A stretch of 62,960 nucleotides of DNA, counting the filler, from Chrysochromulina tobinii (Eukaryota): NCBI GenBank assembly GCA_001275005.1. It is 4 parts of 4 records of this genome, joined end to end, with 100 filler letters (N's around TTAATTAATTAA, not from the genome) between each part and the next. Parts side by side here need not be neighbours in the genome. Positions count along the whole stretch, not along the records: positions 10,859 to 29,775 come from JWZX01001012.1; positions 29,876 to 48,005 come from JWZX01001013.1; 2 more parts are not named here. One strand, written 5' to 3'. A program made the translations under genes and the position numbers. Of this stretch, positions 21,079 to 32,795 are shown piece by piece. The notes beneath the pieces are model-generated. The model saw nothing but the letters and a program-made list of their open reading frames with translations, searched no databases and was not told the DNA's origin. Numbering within the stretch: the stretch's first letter is position 1; every line of letters begins with the position of its first letter.

Positions 21079-23769
21079 CTATGTTCCACCCGCCTTGACG
21101 GGCGCTGCCGCCTTGACGGGCGCTGCTGCAACCTGAGCCTTCTCGAGCTGTTTCCTGAGCTCCGCTATGCTCTTCGCTATGTTCTCTGGCGTGTCATCTA
21201 GAGCATCGCCCAAGTCCGCCGCCGCCTTCATGGGCACCGTCGCAGCCTTCTCCACCCGTCGCTTGAGCTCTGCTAGGTCCTTTCCCACCCTCTCCGCCTC
21301 AGCTCGGTCCGCCGCCGCCCTCATCGGCGCCCCAGCTGCCTTCTCAGCCTGTGCCTTCTCTAAGACAACAAGGTCGGCGGCTGCTTTGGCCGCCTTCGCC
21401 TTCTTTAAGGTCTTCTCCGCAGCCGCCTGCTTCTCGGCGGCCACGCGCTCGGCCACAGCCTTTTGGGCTAAGGCCTTCTCCGCGACTGCGCTCTCGGCCG
21501 CCGCCGCCTCTGCTGCGGCCTCGGCTACGGCGGCCGCCTTCGCAGCTTGCTCGGCCATCTCCGACTTGAGAACGGCGACCTTCTCTGCTTCAGCCTTCTC
21601 CACCTCCGCCCGAGCCGCCGCAGCCTCGGCCGCGCTGATCTTTTCCATCTCCATCTTCTCTGCCGCGGCCGCTCTCGTGACGGCTTGCGTCGAGGCTGTC
21701 TGCTCGGCCGCCGCAGCCTCGGCCGCCGTCTCCGCGTCTTTCGCCTTCCGCACGAGCTGCTCGGCCGACAATCGCTCCTTGAGGGCAATCTGTGCTAACG
21801 TGTTCTTGGCGTCCACATTCTCGGGCTTCACCGCATTCTCCATGGCGGTCTTATCGGCGGCCGTCGTCAGTGCCACCGTTGCCGCGCGCGCCGCCACCTG
21901 CTGGTCGACGGCGGCCTTGTCGGCCGTAACGGCCTTCTGCGCCGCCACCCTCTCCGCCACCTGCTTCTCCGCGGCTGCCGCGGCTGCCGCTGCCTTGTCT
22001 GCAGAGAGTGTTGCGGCCGCCGACTGCGCTGCCGCTGCATTCTTGGCCACCGTCTCAAGCGCCGCCACCTTCTCTGCCGCCAACTTCTCCGCCCGTGACC
22101 TCTCAGACTGAGCCTTGATCGTTGCTTGGGCGGCGGTCGCCTTCTTGTCCGCCGCCACCTTGTCCGCCGCCGCCTTCTCCAGCGCTGCCTGCTCCGCCAC
22201 TGCCATGGCCTCTACCAGCCGCACCTCTGCCAGGCTCTCGGCCGCCGCCTTCTCGGCCGCCGCCTTCTGCGCGTCCGATGCCGCCGCCGCCGCCGTCTGC
22301 ATCTTCGTCACCACCCGTTGGAACGCCACATCAGCCGTGACGAAGTCGTTCGCGTCGACCTTCGTGAGGGCGGCCAAGCTTGTGAAGAGGATCCCGATGG
22401 CCGCCGTGGTGAGCGTGGCAGGGCCCACCATCGTCCACAGATCCAGCGCATCTGTCTCGAGCTGGCGGAAGACGCGATTGTTGCGCACGTAGAAGGCTCC
22501 GATCGTCAGGGACGAGAGCACGATGACGGCGGTGACTGGCAACGAAATCGAGCTGTCGAAGACCGCCCACGTCTTCAAAACGGTCGCGAGCAGAATGGCG
22601 GCAATGCCCAGGTCGAACGCGGCGCGTGCGGTGCGCCACTCGGCGCCGTACTGGGTCGTCAGCCGCCCCAACGCGGTGTCTCGGATGTTGGGCTTCTCGT
22701 CCGTTCCGAAGCGGACTGTGCCATAGCTGCCATCGGCCAGCCGGTAGAGGAGCTGTTGCGAGACCACGACGCAGATGAGCATGAACCCAAACGTGGCGAC
22801 GTCGAGCACCACGAACGCCTGCAGTAGGTCGGAGTCCGGGACCGGGCGAGACGTCGACACCGACGAGGCGGCGCTCGTGACGCGAGACTCGGAGATGATC
22901 AGGGTACCGGGCAGGTTGAGAGCGCCGAAGGCGAAGGCAGCGAACAGGGCAGCACTGGACTTGAGCTCTCCGACGATGTTCATCGCGCGCTCTGGGGTTT
23001 TGGGGAACTCCTCGACAGGCAACAGCGGCCGCGCCCCCGGTAAGATTGGCTCTCTGATGCGGTCTGCCAGTTGGTCCATCTGAGCACCCAGCGTGCGCAG
23101 CCCGCTGGCCAAGGGGCCACCGAACGAGTCGAACCACTCCTGAGAGCGTCCCGTGTCGATGGGCAGCTGGGACGTCAGCTGACCGCGCAGGCGGTCCAAG
23201 CGGTCCAGGATGGCCTTTTTGGCATCGTCGACGGAGACCCTGTCGAATGAATCCAAGCGATCCTGGAAGCCTTTTCTGGCCTCGTCCATGGAGACCCTGT
23301 CAAGCACGTCCCGATCCAGGATGACTTGCTTGGCCTCCTCCACGGCCCTGTCGAACTCGTCCAAGCGATCTCGGATGGCGTTTTTGGCATCGTCCAAGGA
23401 GACCCCGTTGCGCCCGTTGATTGCTTTTATGTACTCTGTGTATTCGTTTGACAGGGGAGGCGTGGGCGAAGCGTCTGCTGTGGGCGCAGCGTTCGGTCCA
23501 GCCTCATCAACGACCACGGGCGGCTCAGGACCATTGTCTGCCGGACGCACTTTACTCTCCTCACGCGACTTGAGGTACTCTGCGTATGTCATCGGCTGAT
23601 TGCATTTCAGAGCAGTCGTGCGGGGGAAAGAGGAGCTCCTCTTGAGAAGGTAGCGTGTCGGCGAGGCTTCCCGTCTCAGCGTCGGAAGGTTATGGACGTA
23701 ATGAGGGAGGCATGACGACTGGTGTACGCCGGAAAAGCTGATGCTGCCAAGAGCAAGGAGGAGCGCCAT
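21079..23769 (-). CDS. Hypothetical membrane protein with signal/transit-like N-terminus, about 5 TM helices and a long Ala/Lys/Glu coiled-coil tail
   Basis: Start MALLLALGSISFSG; short VS(L/M/V)D(D/E)A(K/R) repeats; central hydrophobic block; AAEKAAA-rich C-terminus. Confidence 0.7.
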   Translation of the reverse strand: MALLLALGSISFSGVHQSSCLPHYVHNLPTLRREASPTRYLLKRSSSFPRTTALKCNQPMTYAEYLKSREESKVRPADNGPEPPVVVDEAGPNAAPTADASPTPPLSNEYTEYIKAINGRNGVSLDDAKNAIRDRLDEFDRAVEEAKQVILDRDVLDRVSMDEARKGFQDRLDSFDRVSVDDAKKAILDRLDRLRGQLTSQLPIDTGRSQEWFDSFGGPLASGLRTLGAQMDQLADRIREPILPGARPLLPVEEFPKTPERAMNIVGELKSSAALFAAFAFGALNLPGTLIISESRVTSAASSVSTSRPVPDSDLLQAFVVLDVATFGFMLICVVVSQQLLYRLADGSYGTVRFGTDEKPNIRDTALGRLTTQYGAEWRTARAAFDLGIAAILLATVLKTWAVFDSSISLPVTAVIVLSSLTIGAFYVRNNRVFRQLETDALDLWTMVGPATLTTAAIGILFTSLAALTKVDANDFVTADVAFQRVVTKMQTAAAAASDAQKAAAEKAAAESLAEVRLVEAMAVAEQAALEKAAADKVAADKKATAAQATIKAQSERSRAEKLAAEKVAALETVAKNAAAAQSAAATLSADKAAAAAAAAEKQVAERVAAQKAVTADKAAVDQQVAARAATVALTTAADKTAMENAVKPENVDAKNTLAQIALKERLSAEQLVRKAKDAETAAEAAAAEQTASTQAVTRAAAAEKMEMEKISAAEAAAARAEVEKAEAEKVAVLKSEMAEQAAKAAAVAEAAAEAAAAESAVAEKALAQKAVAERVAAEKQAAAEKTLKKAKAAKAAADLVVLEKAQAEKAAGAPMRAAADRAEAERVGKDLAELKRRVEKAATVPMKAAADLGDALDDTPENIAKSIAELRKQLEKAQVAAAPVKAAAPVKAGGT

Positions 23770-23942
23770 CGAGAAGCGTGTGCAATCTTCTCCAGATCCA
23801 ATCTTCCCAAAGTTGGCATTCAACTGGAGTCGTTTGCATACAATTGTACGTGTCACCACACGTACATGTAACACGTAAATTGGCCAAACCGGGGTCTGCT
23901 TCGACGTTGACGAAACTGTGTTCCGCGGCATCTCCGATCACA

Positions 23943-25235
23943 ATGCCGACGGACAAAAAACCCACGAGAACCGTCCTCACCGTGATCGCGGCGCTTGTGG
24001 TTCCAATCCTAGCCTTGGACAATGGCCTCGCGCGTAAGCCTCCGCTCGGCTGGAGCACATGGCTCACATGCGAGGACGACAAGGAATGCGGTCACGACGT
24101 GTGCAATGAGGCGGAGGTCAAGGCGTCGGCCCTGGCACTTCAGTCAAATGGCATGCAAGCTCTCGGATGGCACTACATTGTGCTCGACGACTGCTGGGCG
24201 TATGCGCGCAACACGACGACGGGCCGATTGACCTGGGATGCGTCGCGCTTTCCCTCCGGTATGCCTGCGCTCGTCGAGTGGATGCACGAGCGAAACTTCC
24301 TGCTCGGCTTGTACACGTCGGCGGGCAATGAGACATGCTCGAGCGGCGGGCGCCCGATCACGGTGCCGGGCTCGCGTGGCCACTACGATGTGGACGCCCA
24401 GACGTTTGCAGACTGGCGTGTAGATTACGTCAAGCTCGACTGGTGCGGCGACGTGAAGCATGAGCCCTGGGTGGGCCCAAGCGCCCATCACGAGTTCGCC
24501 ACAGCTATGAACGCGACCGGCCGACCCATGATACTTGAGGTGGTGGCGGGGTACTTCTTCACGGGTCCTGCACAGGTGGCCAGCGTGGCCAATGTGTGGC
24601 GCTTCTGCGAGGACCACCACGACAGCTGGAAGTCGACCGCAGAGAACGTCCTGTGCCGAGAAGACCAAGGTGCACGAAGCAGCTTGCCAGGCGGCTGGGG
24701 ATACATGGACGTGCTCACCACGGGCGGCGCGGGATGCTCGCTCGCGGCGCACTGCCCCGGCCAGACCGAGGACGAGTATCGCACCGAGTTCGCCATCTGG
24801 ACCCTCACGCAGTCGCCTCTCATGATCGCAACCGACGTGCGCAACATGAGCAGCTTGGCACAAGCCACGCTTCTCAATGCGGAGATTTTGAGCGTGCACC
24901 AGAGCACCGCCACGCTTCCAGGCCGGCGGCTGGCCACAGCAGCCGACGCGTGCGCACTGCCGGCACTCTGTGCCGTTTGGGGGCGCGCACTCAACGCAGC
25001 AGGTACCACCTGGATCCTTGCTCTCGTCAATCTCGACAATATCTCTGTGCAGGAGGTGAGCGTCAGTTTCGCCGACCTCGGCTGGAATGCATCGGCGATG
25101 GCGGGTGCGCTTGTTCGCGACCTGTGGGCACGGCACGATTTGCCCGATGCAACGGGGGGCAAGGTGACCGCAAGGGTGCCCACGCACGGCACTGCGCTGC
25201 TGCGAGTCGAGCGCATTGGCAATCGTGATCCATGA
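23943..25235 (+). CDS. Alpha-galactosidase, GH27, secreted
   Basis: LDNGLARKPPLGWSTW, IVLDDCW, DAQTFADWRVDYVKLDWC (nucleophile Asp) and SPLMIATDVR. Confidence 0.93.
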   Translation: MPTDKKPTRTVLTVIAALVVPILALDNGLARKPPLGWSTWLTCEDDKECGHDVCNEAEVKASALALQSNGMQALGWHYIVLDDCWAYARNTTTGRLTWDASRFPSGMPALVEWMHERNFLLGLYTSAGNETCSSGGRPITVPGSRGHYDVDAQTFADWRVDYVKLDWCGDVKHEPWVGPSAHHEFATAMNATGRPMILEVVAGYFFTGPAQVASVANVWRFCEDHHDSWKSTAENVLCREDQGARSSLPGGWGYMDVLTTGGAGCSLAAHCPGQTEDEYRTEFAIWTLTQSPLMIATDVRNMSSLAQATLLNAEILSVHQSTATLPGRRLATAADACALPALCAVWGRALNAAGTTWILALVNLDNISVQEVSVSFADLGWNASAMAGALVRDLWARHDLPDATGGKVTARVPTHGTALLRVERIGNRDP

Positions 25236-25961
25236 GTGTTGTGGTGTTGACACGACCCAGAAGAGGTCCTTAGGAATCCTAGAGACGGCCAGTGCGGAAG
25301 CGTTACCGCGAAAACTGAGCCGACTCGATGCATTCTCGGACTCAAATTGCCCTTCAAGACCCACGTGAGCCATGTCTCGTGTCTCGAGGCGCCGTCGAGG
25401 GGCTGTCACTTTTATAAAGACTTTAACGCGACGTTATACACACGTACTGCCTCCGGCAACTCGAAATACGGGATGGTCTCGCAGTACTTCGTTGCGCGCG
25501 CGTGCTGGCCAACCTGTCGATGTTCCATGGCCTCAGCCTGCCTCCCATCGCATCTCGCCCCGCCCCAGCTCGCAATTGATGCCGCTAAGATGCCGCGTTC
25601 TGACTACTGACTTAAAACCCAGGACGACCGGCCCGCGGCCGGAAAGTTCTGCTACGATTATATTACAATTTCGTACAAGCAACAAGGGACCCACAACTGA
25701 CGACAGAATTACATTTTTCTGATGAACCACATCCGCCACCGGCAAGCCGCACGCACCAGATTGCACAGTGACCAGAAACGGATGCAATAAAGCCCGGCGG
25801 GCGCGCAGCACATCGCGCCACCCTCAAAGCACGCGACTCAGTGGACTCGCACACAGACAGTCACACCTTCAGCTTCACTGGGAGCCAGTGCAGTGCACGA
25901 ACGCACTCGGAGCTCGTTCACTGGAGACGGCGCTCCAATTGACATGCGATCTCAAGAGATC

Positions 25962-27092
25962 TCACGAGATGCTCACACTCTTGCCATCGCCCTTGTTGCC
26001 CATATCGCAAGCGTCCGTCATGGTTTGCGTCACCACCACGGACTTGGTGAGCGTGTCGAGGCTCTTGCCCTCCTCCTTGGAGTACGCCTCGACCTGCGTC
26101 TGAATCCAGTCGTACGTGTACTTGAGGCCCTCCTTGAGCGGCGTCGTCGGCGCCCAGCCAAGCACCTGCTTGATGAGCGTATTGTCCGAGTTGCGGCCGC
26201 GTACGCCCTCTGGCCCGGGGATGTGCTTAATCGGGAGCTGCTTGCCCTTGAACTCGAGGACCATCTCAGCCATCTGGTTCATGGAGACCATCTCGTCCGA
26301 GCCGATGTTGAGCGGCTTCTTGTAGTCGGAGACCATCAGCCGGATGATGCCCTCGACGCAGTCGTCGATGTAGCAAAAGGAGCGGGTCTGCAGGCCATTT
26401 CCCCACATCTCGAACTCAACCGTCGAGGTGATCGCCTTGCGGCTGAAGGCGGCGGGAGCCTTCTCGCGCCCGCCCTTCCACGTGCCGAGCGGGCCGTAGA
26501 TATTGTGGAAGCGGCCGATGCGGCACTCCATGCCGAAATCCGCATCGTAATGCATCAGCAGCTCCTCTGTCATCAGCTTCTCGAGGCCATATGCGTCCTG
26601 CGGCTGTGCGGGCCACGCGTCCTCCTCCTTGAGGCCGCTCGCGCCTCCGAGGTTCTCGTCGAGCTGCTTATACTCGGGGTAGATGCACGCGCTCGACGCG
26701 TACCAGAAGCGCTTGACGCCTGCCTTGCGCGCCGCCTCGGCCACATTGAAGGAGATCATGGTCGAGTTGTACAGGATGCGGCTGTGGTTGGACTGGATGA
26801 AGCCCATGCCACCCATGTCGGCTGCGAGGTTGAAGCACCACTCGCAGCCCGCGACGGCCTTCTCGCAGGCGTCGGCGTAGCGCAGGTCGAGGTTGACGAA
26901 CTCGTCGCAAAACTCCTCCGGCTTCATGTACTCGTTCTCCTTCCAGTCCACGGCACGCACCCAGTGGCCCTCCGCCTTGAGGCGGCGCGCAAGGTGCGAG
27001 GCGATGAAGCCGCCTGCGCCGGTGACACAGATCTTGATGCCGGACGGAAAGTCTTTGGTGAATTTGCACTCGGACACGGGGGGGAGCACCAT
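25962..27092 (-). CDS. GME: GDP-mannose 3,5-epimerase
   Basis: TGAGGFIASH, NLAADMGGMGFIQSNH, ASSACIYP, YGLEK, GGREKAPAAF and GPEGVRGRNSDN. Confidence 0.96.
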   Translation of the reverse strand: MVLPPVSECKFTKDFPSGIKICVTGAGGFIASHLARRLKAEGHWVRAVDWKENEYMKPEEFCDEFVNLDLRYADACEKAVAGCEWCFNLAADMGGMGFIQSNHSRILYNSTMISFNVAEAARKAGVKRFWYASSACIYPEYKQLDENLGGASGLKEEDAWPAQPQDAYGLEKLMTEELLMHYDADFGMECRIGRFHNIYGPLGTWKGGREKAPAAFSRKAITSTVEFEMWGNGLQTRSFCYIDDCVEGIIRLMVSDYKKPLNIGSDEMVSMNQMAEMVLEFKGKQLPIKHIPGPEGVRGRNSDNTLIKQVLGWAPTTPLKEGLKYTYDWIQTQVEAYSKEEGKSLDTLTKSVVVTQTMTDACDMGNKGDGKSVSIS

Positions 27093-27662
27093 GTTTTGCT
27101 ACTACGTAGGTCGGAGTTCCGTCTGCGGAGCGTGGTCGGGGGCGCAATGTGAGATATGTAGGGAGAGTGGATGTGGGCATACACCGCACGTGAGTGAGGT
27201 ATGCAAAAGCGCTGCTCTTCAGCCTTGCTCGCGCTCAGGCGTATGAGAGTCATCAATTCCTGGGAGGGCGGGCGTGCGCACTCAGGGTGGAAGCGCCGAG
27301 GTGCGTCGCTCCTGCTTCGAGGTCGCTTCACAGTAGTTTCAGTGAATGCACTCTGAGAGCAAGCAAGCAAAGCAAGCAAGTGAGAGAAGCGATAGTGTGA
27401 ATAGAACTAAAGTGTGAATTCGGAGAGGGGAAATTCAAATCGATCGTCACCGCGCGCCAAAATTTGTCGTTCAATGACGTTCCAATCTCATGTGCGGTCA
27501 CGACTCTCAACGTCCACATTCTACTTGCAAGAAATCAAAATCAAAACAGAAGAAAGAATTGAGAAACGAGACCGCGAGGGGCTCGACGGCGTAGCAAACT
27601 CGAGGACACACGGTTTTTGTGGCCTCGCCTCGACAGACACGTCGCGGCTCGCGCCCGACTTC

Positions 27663-28709
27663 TCATCGGCGCAACTCGTGCTGGGCGCGTAGGCTGCGCC
27701 TGGCGCCCTCGACGAGCCCGCCGGCGCCGGCGCCACCCTTCAAGCTGCCATTGAGCGCAAACTGCAGCATGACGTCGATACCGTCCGAGACAATCTCATG
27801 CGCGGCCCACGCCACGTTGAGCGCCTCGGCCACCGCCGACGCGTCTGGCAGCAGCGAGTCGGCTTTGGCGCCGCCGCCCGGTCCAGGCAGCTTCTCAGCG
27901 AGCCCTGGAGCGGCTCGGATCGCGGCACGCCACGGGCTGCCGCGCGGGTCCGTAGCGAGGTACCCGTCGGCATCCAGCAACTTGTGACGTCGCAAGGCCT
28001 CGTGAATCTCCGTGGCTGTGGACAGCGTGAGACCCTCTATGCGTTCGGTGAAGAAGGCGGCCGTGGGCTTCTGCGCGCGCACCTCCAATTGGTCCGATCC
28101 GGCGGCGGCGCCGCTCGAGTTCCGCAGCTTGCGCACGCACTTGTTTACCATGCTCGCCGTGCGCTGGTCGCGTGGCATGTGCACAAAGAGTGTCGGTGGC
28201 ATAGGCTCGGGCAGCATCGGCGGTGGAACGGCCATGATCTGGGAGATCACAGCGCGGAAGCGAACCGTTCCGGCGAGCAGCAGCACGAACGCGCCACCCG
28301 AGGACGCGCCCAGGGCCACCAGTGGCAGCGCTGCCAAGTTGTGTCGCTCACGGAAGGCTGTGAGGGCCTTCTGCACGATGGGACCATCGGTATCGATGTC
28401 CCAGCAGCGCGAAATCAACCGATCTTGCGAGGAGATCGCGATGACTGCGAAGCCTGCGCGAAGGGCTGCCTTTACGATACGCACCTCCTCGGGAAGGCCA
28501 AGGCACTGCGGCGCCGCGCTGGTCGGCGCCCAGAAATCAGTGGCACTGTGCTGGCAGCCGTGCGCTAAAAATAGAACGGCTCTAGGACTCGTGGCCGGAA
28601 GCTCGTACATAGCCTCCGCCCCAGCGAGAAGTTCGTATGCGGGTCCGGCGGCCGACGTCGTCACGGCGACCATGACGAAAGTCATAAACAAAGTTGAGCA
28701 GCCTGTCAT
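27663..28709 (-). CDS. Secreted alpha/beta-hydrolase-fold protein
   Basis: Signal-like N-terminus, LFLAHGC, nucleophile elbow GASSGG and a C-terminal His (WAAHE). Confidence 0.75.
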   Translation of the reverse strand: MTGCSTLFMTFVMVAVTTSAAGPAYELLAGAEAMYELPATSPRAVLFLAHGCQHSATDFWAPTSAAPQCLGLPEEVRIVKAALRAGFAVIAISSQDRLISRCWDIDTDGPIVQKALTAFRERHNLAALPLVALGASSGGAFVLLLAGTVRFRAVISQIMAVPPPMLPEPMPPTLFVHMPRDQRTASMVNKCVRKLRNSSGAAAGSDQLEVRAQKPTAAFFTERIEGLTLSTATEIHEALRRHKLLDADGYLATDPRGSPWRAAIRAAPGLAEKLPGPGGGAKADSLLPDASAVAEALNVAWAAHEIVSDGIDVMLQFALNGSLKGGAGAGGLVEGARRSLRAQHELRR

Positions 28710-28968
28710 CGCGACCCTTCACCTCCGTGGGAGTCCGTGGGTGCGCACCAAGGTGCGTGAAAACTTTGGACTCGAGAGCCGTGTTGAGCGCCGCGTCATT
28801 AAACCGACGCCCCCCAAATAGAGTTTATGGACACGTGGTGTCGCGCCCCTCGAGTGCCGCGCATGGACGCCCACGGCGGCCGCTTCGGGGGTTCGATCTC
28901 ACGCGCGATCCTTCACGCAAGGTCGCATTTTCTCGCCGCTTTGTTCTATCGCGCGATCGATTTCCTCC

Positions 28969-29676
28969 ATGAGCGACGACTTCCTGCACATCGGCGACTT
29001 CATCACCGTCTACGATGACGTTTCCGACGGCTATGTAGGCGCGCACGGCATATCGAGTAACCAGGTTGCAATGCGCGAGGTCAGCGACCCTTTACACCCT
29101 AAGCTCGTCGCCAAGGAGGCCGTGTTCGTGCTGCTCCAGCAGCACAACTACGCAAGCTACCGGCAGATGCGCTCTTTCCTCGAGCGTGAGGGGTTGAGTG
29201 CGCACGCTGCCCTGTCTGATCCGCGCTACCGGCAGCTGTGCGACGCGGTTGACAGCGAGCGGGCCCACAATCGCCAAGAGTTCAACCAAACGTGTGGGCG
29301 CGAGGTGCGCTATGGCATGATCGTACAGCTGCAACAGGAGAGCTCGCACAAGTACCTGTCCGTCTCGCGCCAGCCGGCCGAACTGAACGCCGATGGCCGG
29401 CGCGTCGTCCTCGACGCGGAGGCGGCCGAGTCGGCGTGGGTGCGCATCATGCCAAGGCTGCGCGTGCATTCGGAGGGAGAGAAGGTGCATGTGGGCGATC
29501 CGGTGACGCTCGAGCACGTACAGACTGGCTTGCGATTGATGGTGGATCAGCGGCTGCCGGATGGGCGCTGTGAGGTGATTGCCACGCAGCAGGCGCTCAC
29601 TGGCTTCAAGCTCAACCTGTTCCGCCTCCACGACGACGACGCGTCGGCGCACGACACGCTGCTCGGCTCGCAGCCT
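28969..29676 (+). CDS. ITPR: IP3/ryanodine receptor family, N-terminal domain only (exon 1; rest lost in the gap)
   Basis: MSDDFLHIGDFI, VRYGMIVQLQQESSHKYLS and WVRIMPRLRVHSEGEKVHVGDPVTL match the IP3R N-terminal beta-trefoil. Probable donor GTGCGT at 29677. Confidence 0.82.
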
Positions 29677-29731
29677 GTGCGTCCCGTCCCAAAAAGGAAA
29701 CCTCTTCGGCTCGGCATGCAAGTGCTCACCA

Positions 29732-29775
<44 letters not shown>

Positions 29776-29875
29776 NNNNNNNNNNNNNNNNNNNNNNNNN
29801 NNNNNNNNNNNNNNNNNNNTTAATTAATTAANNNNNNNNNNNNNNNNNNNNNNNNNNNNNNNNNNNNNNNNNNNN
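29776..29875. other. Artificial contig join
   Basis: 100-nt N/TTAATTAATTAA/N spacer, preceded by a poly-C run. Confidence 0.97.
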
Positions 29876-29876
29876 C

Positions 29877-29906
29877 GCCGCCGCCGCCGCTGCCGCCGCT
29901 GCCGCC

Positions 29907-29937
<31 letters not shown>

Positions 29938-32795
29938 CCGCCAAGCCCGCGCACGTGCCCGGTACCCCAGACGAGTCCGATCCGCATGTCGTCGACGCGA
30001 CGCGCGTCGACGATGTCGCGAACCCGCCGTTTTGCGCGGTGGCGCGGCGTGAGCCGTCGACGGTACCCTCAAGCAAGGTCACCATGGCCAATATGATCAG
30101 CCTTTTCGAGCTACTGCGTCGGCCGCCCAAGCTGCCGCTCGCTGTGTACGTAGAGCTCGACTGTTGGAACCTCAAGCCCCCCGACGACGACGACGAGTCC
30201 GATGCATGCGCGCCCGAGGCTGCGGCGCCCGATGCATGCGCCCCCAAGGAGGCGGCACCCGATGCATGCGCGCTCGAGGCGGCGGCACCCGAGCCGGCGG
30301 CGCCGTCGAAGGCGCCGCCCAGGGATAAATGCCTCATCGACGAGGTCGCTGGCGACGGCGCCGCACGCAGCGAGCAGCACAAGCAGCAGCACAAGCAGCA
30401 GCACAAGCAGAAGGCGAAGCCGGTGCCGCCGATCGCCGACCCTCTCGGCATCCTCTCGAAGCCGCCCGCGCCTGCCGACCTCTTCCTGTCGCGCGCCGAG
30501 ATCAATGAGCAGAAGCCGCTGAGCTCCAGGTGCAAGCAGACCTCCGACAAGCAAGGTCTTGAGGGGAAGACGCCGTCGGCGGACGAGACTGCGGGCGATG
30601 ACGACAAGGCCGAACCGGAAGAGGTGTACATACCGAACGGCGTCTTCTTCTCAGGGCCGCACGATAGCGCGTTCACGCCCGCGAACGCGCCCGCCTCGTC
30701 GCTGCCTGTGCCCGCGAGCAACGACGACGACGAGGAGGAGGAGGACGACGAGGACGACGACGTTGACGACGACGACGACGACGAGGGCGAGGAGGAGGAG
30801 GAGCATGAGGAGGACGAGGCGGGCAAGGCTGCAAGTGCCCCGGCCCACCCAGCCGCCAGACCCGCCGTGTCTGCCATGGCGCCCGAGCCCGTGGCCACGG
30901 GAGGCAGAGGCGCGCCAGTCAAACGTGTCTTGGTGCCGGCGCTTGGACTACCGGTACCGGGCTACCGGCCTGGCTCGGCCACGGAGGCAACCCCAACTGT
31001 CGACACCTTTGGTTGGCCGAGTCCACCCGGCCCGCCCCCGCCGACCGCCTTTGCCCCGGCGGTTGCCCCGGCGGTTGCCCCGGCGGCTGCCGCGGCCGCT
31101 GCGAACGGCGAGGGTGGCGAGGACGGCGCAGGCGCCACCCTAGTGGTCGTCACCAACCCACCGAGTCAACCGACTGGCCACACGATCACGTCAAATATCT
31201 ACGAAGTCGAAGGGCTAGGCGAGTCTTTCCGTTCCAACGGCGGCCACGTCTTCCTCATCCAGATCGAAGACGTCGTGCAGCCGACGGCCGCAGCGACGGC
31301 CGCGGCGGCGGGTTTAGCGAACCCGGCGGCGGCGGAGCTTTCGCTGGAGGCGCAAGCGGCGGCGCTCGAGCTCACGTCGCCGCGTGACCAGCGCACCTTC
31401 ACCATCTACTCCTCATGGTCAGGTCGTTATACCATGCAGCAGTTCATCGATATGCGGCCCGAGCTGACCGAGATGTCAGCCTCGGCCCTCGAGCTCTGGA
31501 TCGCGGGGCTTCAGGCGCTGCTCAAGCAAAAAGAGTGGTCGCCCCCCGCGCAGGAGCTCATGGCTTTCTGCTTCGGTGGTGAGCTCCTCTCCTCCTCCTG
31601 CTCTCCTGAGGGCTCCGCGCCTTCCTCGCCCATTGGTCCACCGCCGTTGGGCAAGGGCGGCTTAGCTGAGGTCGTCGCGGCCGCGAAGGCGGCGGTGACC
31701 GAGGATGGGGAGCTGCTCGATTTGGACATGCCGTCTAAGGCGAGCGCACCGGACGAAAAGGCGAAGCTTGACAATGGGTTCGGGTACGATGGGCCCGCGA
31801 AGACTGGATTGCATGCGCCGCGGGCTTCGATGCGGCCGCCTCGGCTGCCATACTTGGCCGCTCGTGAGCTGGGTCTTACGGCAGAGGCGCTTGGCGATCT
31901 CGAGTCTCGCCTCGCGTGCGCGCGCAGCCTTCGGGCGGGCGACGGCTGGCGCTTCGGCACCGATGCCAAGCAGATGAGCACGAGCACCATGGGCGCTGCG
32001 ATGGACGACGCGCTTGATCAGTTTCGCGCGCAGCAGGCGGCCAAGGCTGAGGCAGCGAAGGCGAACGGGGCGGCGGAGGCGGAGGCGCCACTTGGCATGA
32101 CGGTGGAGGCGGCGGCTCTCAAGGTACACAAGGCCACGGCAGTCGCCAAGGCGGTCGAAAACGGCACGCCGCCGATGCCGCCTCCGCCTCCCCCCCAGCG
32201 CTCTGCGGTCGCTGCTAAGAATGCAGTGGCGGAGGCGGCGGCGGTAGGCGAGGGCGGGTCGCAACGAAATCTCGAACGAAATCTTGAACGAAATCTCGAC
32301 GAGGCGTTCCGAGACGCTGACGGTGACGCTGAAAGCGCAGACGACGGCGCCAAGGACTCGGGCTTGGACTCTGACGGAGACACCGACGATTCGAACCCGG
32401 ACCCACGCCGGGGCGGCATGTCGACGGGCGGCGAGTGGCTGAGCCCCGCGGATGGCTGGACGGTGGAGTACGAGGAGCCCATTCTGTGGGAATTGCACTT
32501 TTGGGCCAAGGGGTACGACCGCACGCAGCTTGAGTACAATGCATGCGTCATCGAGCAGCTGCACAAGATGGCGCGTACTTCGCACGAGCAGATTGTAGCG
32601 CGCACAGCCTCCGAGTACCTCGAGCGGCTCGACAAGCTGCAGGCGAAGACGCTGCACGGGAAGCCCTTTGGGCACCGGTGCGCGCGCTCGATCAGTCTGA
32701 GCACCAAGAGCGACGCTGATGAGGACGAGGAAGACGAGGCGGGCAAGGACGACAGCAGCGGCGACGACGAGGCAACGGACAAGGGTGCGGGCTGA
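29877..32795 (+). CDS. Large low-complexity hypothetical protein (5'-partial)
   Basis: Open frame of more than 946 aa with acidic tracts, short repeats (DACAP, QHKQ, RNLE) and globular-looking patches. Confidence 0.65.

Noticed and set aside
25893..27152. Long antisense ORFs (also opposite RNR, GH27, PRPF31 and IDH)
   Set aside because: Shadow ORFs caused by high GC3 codon bias.
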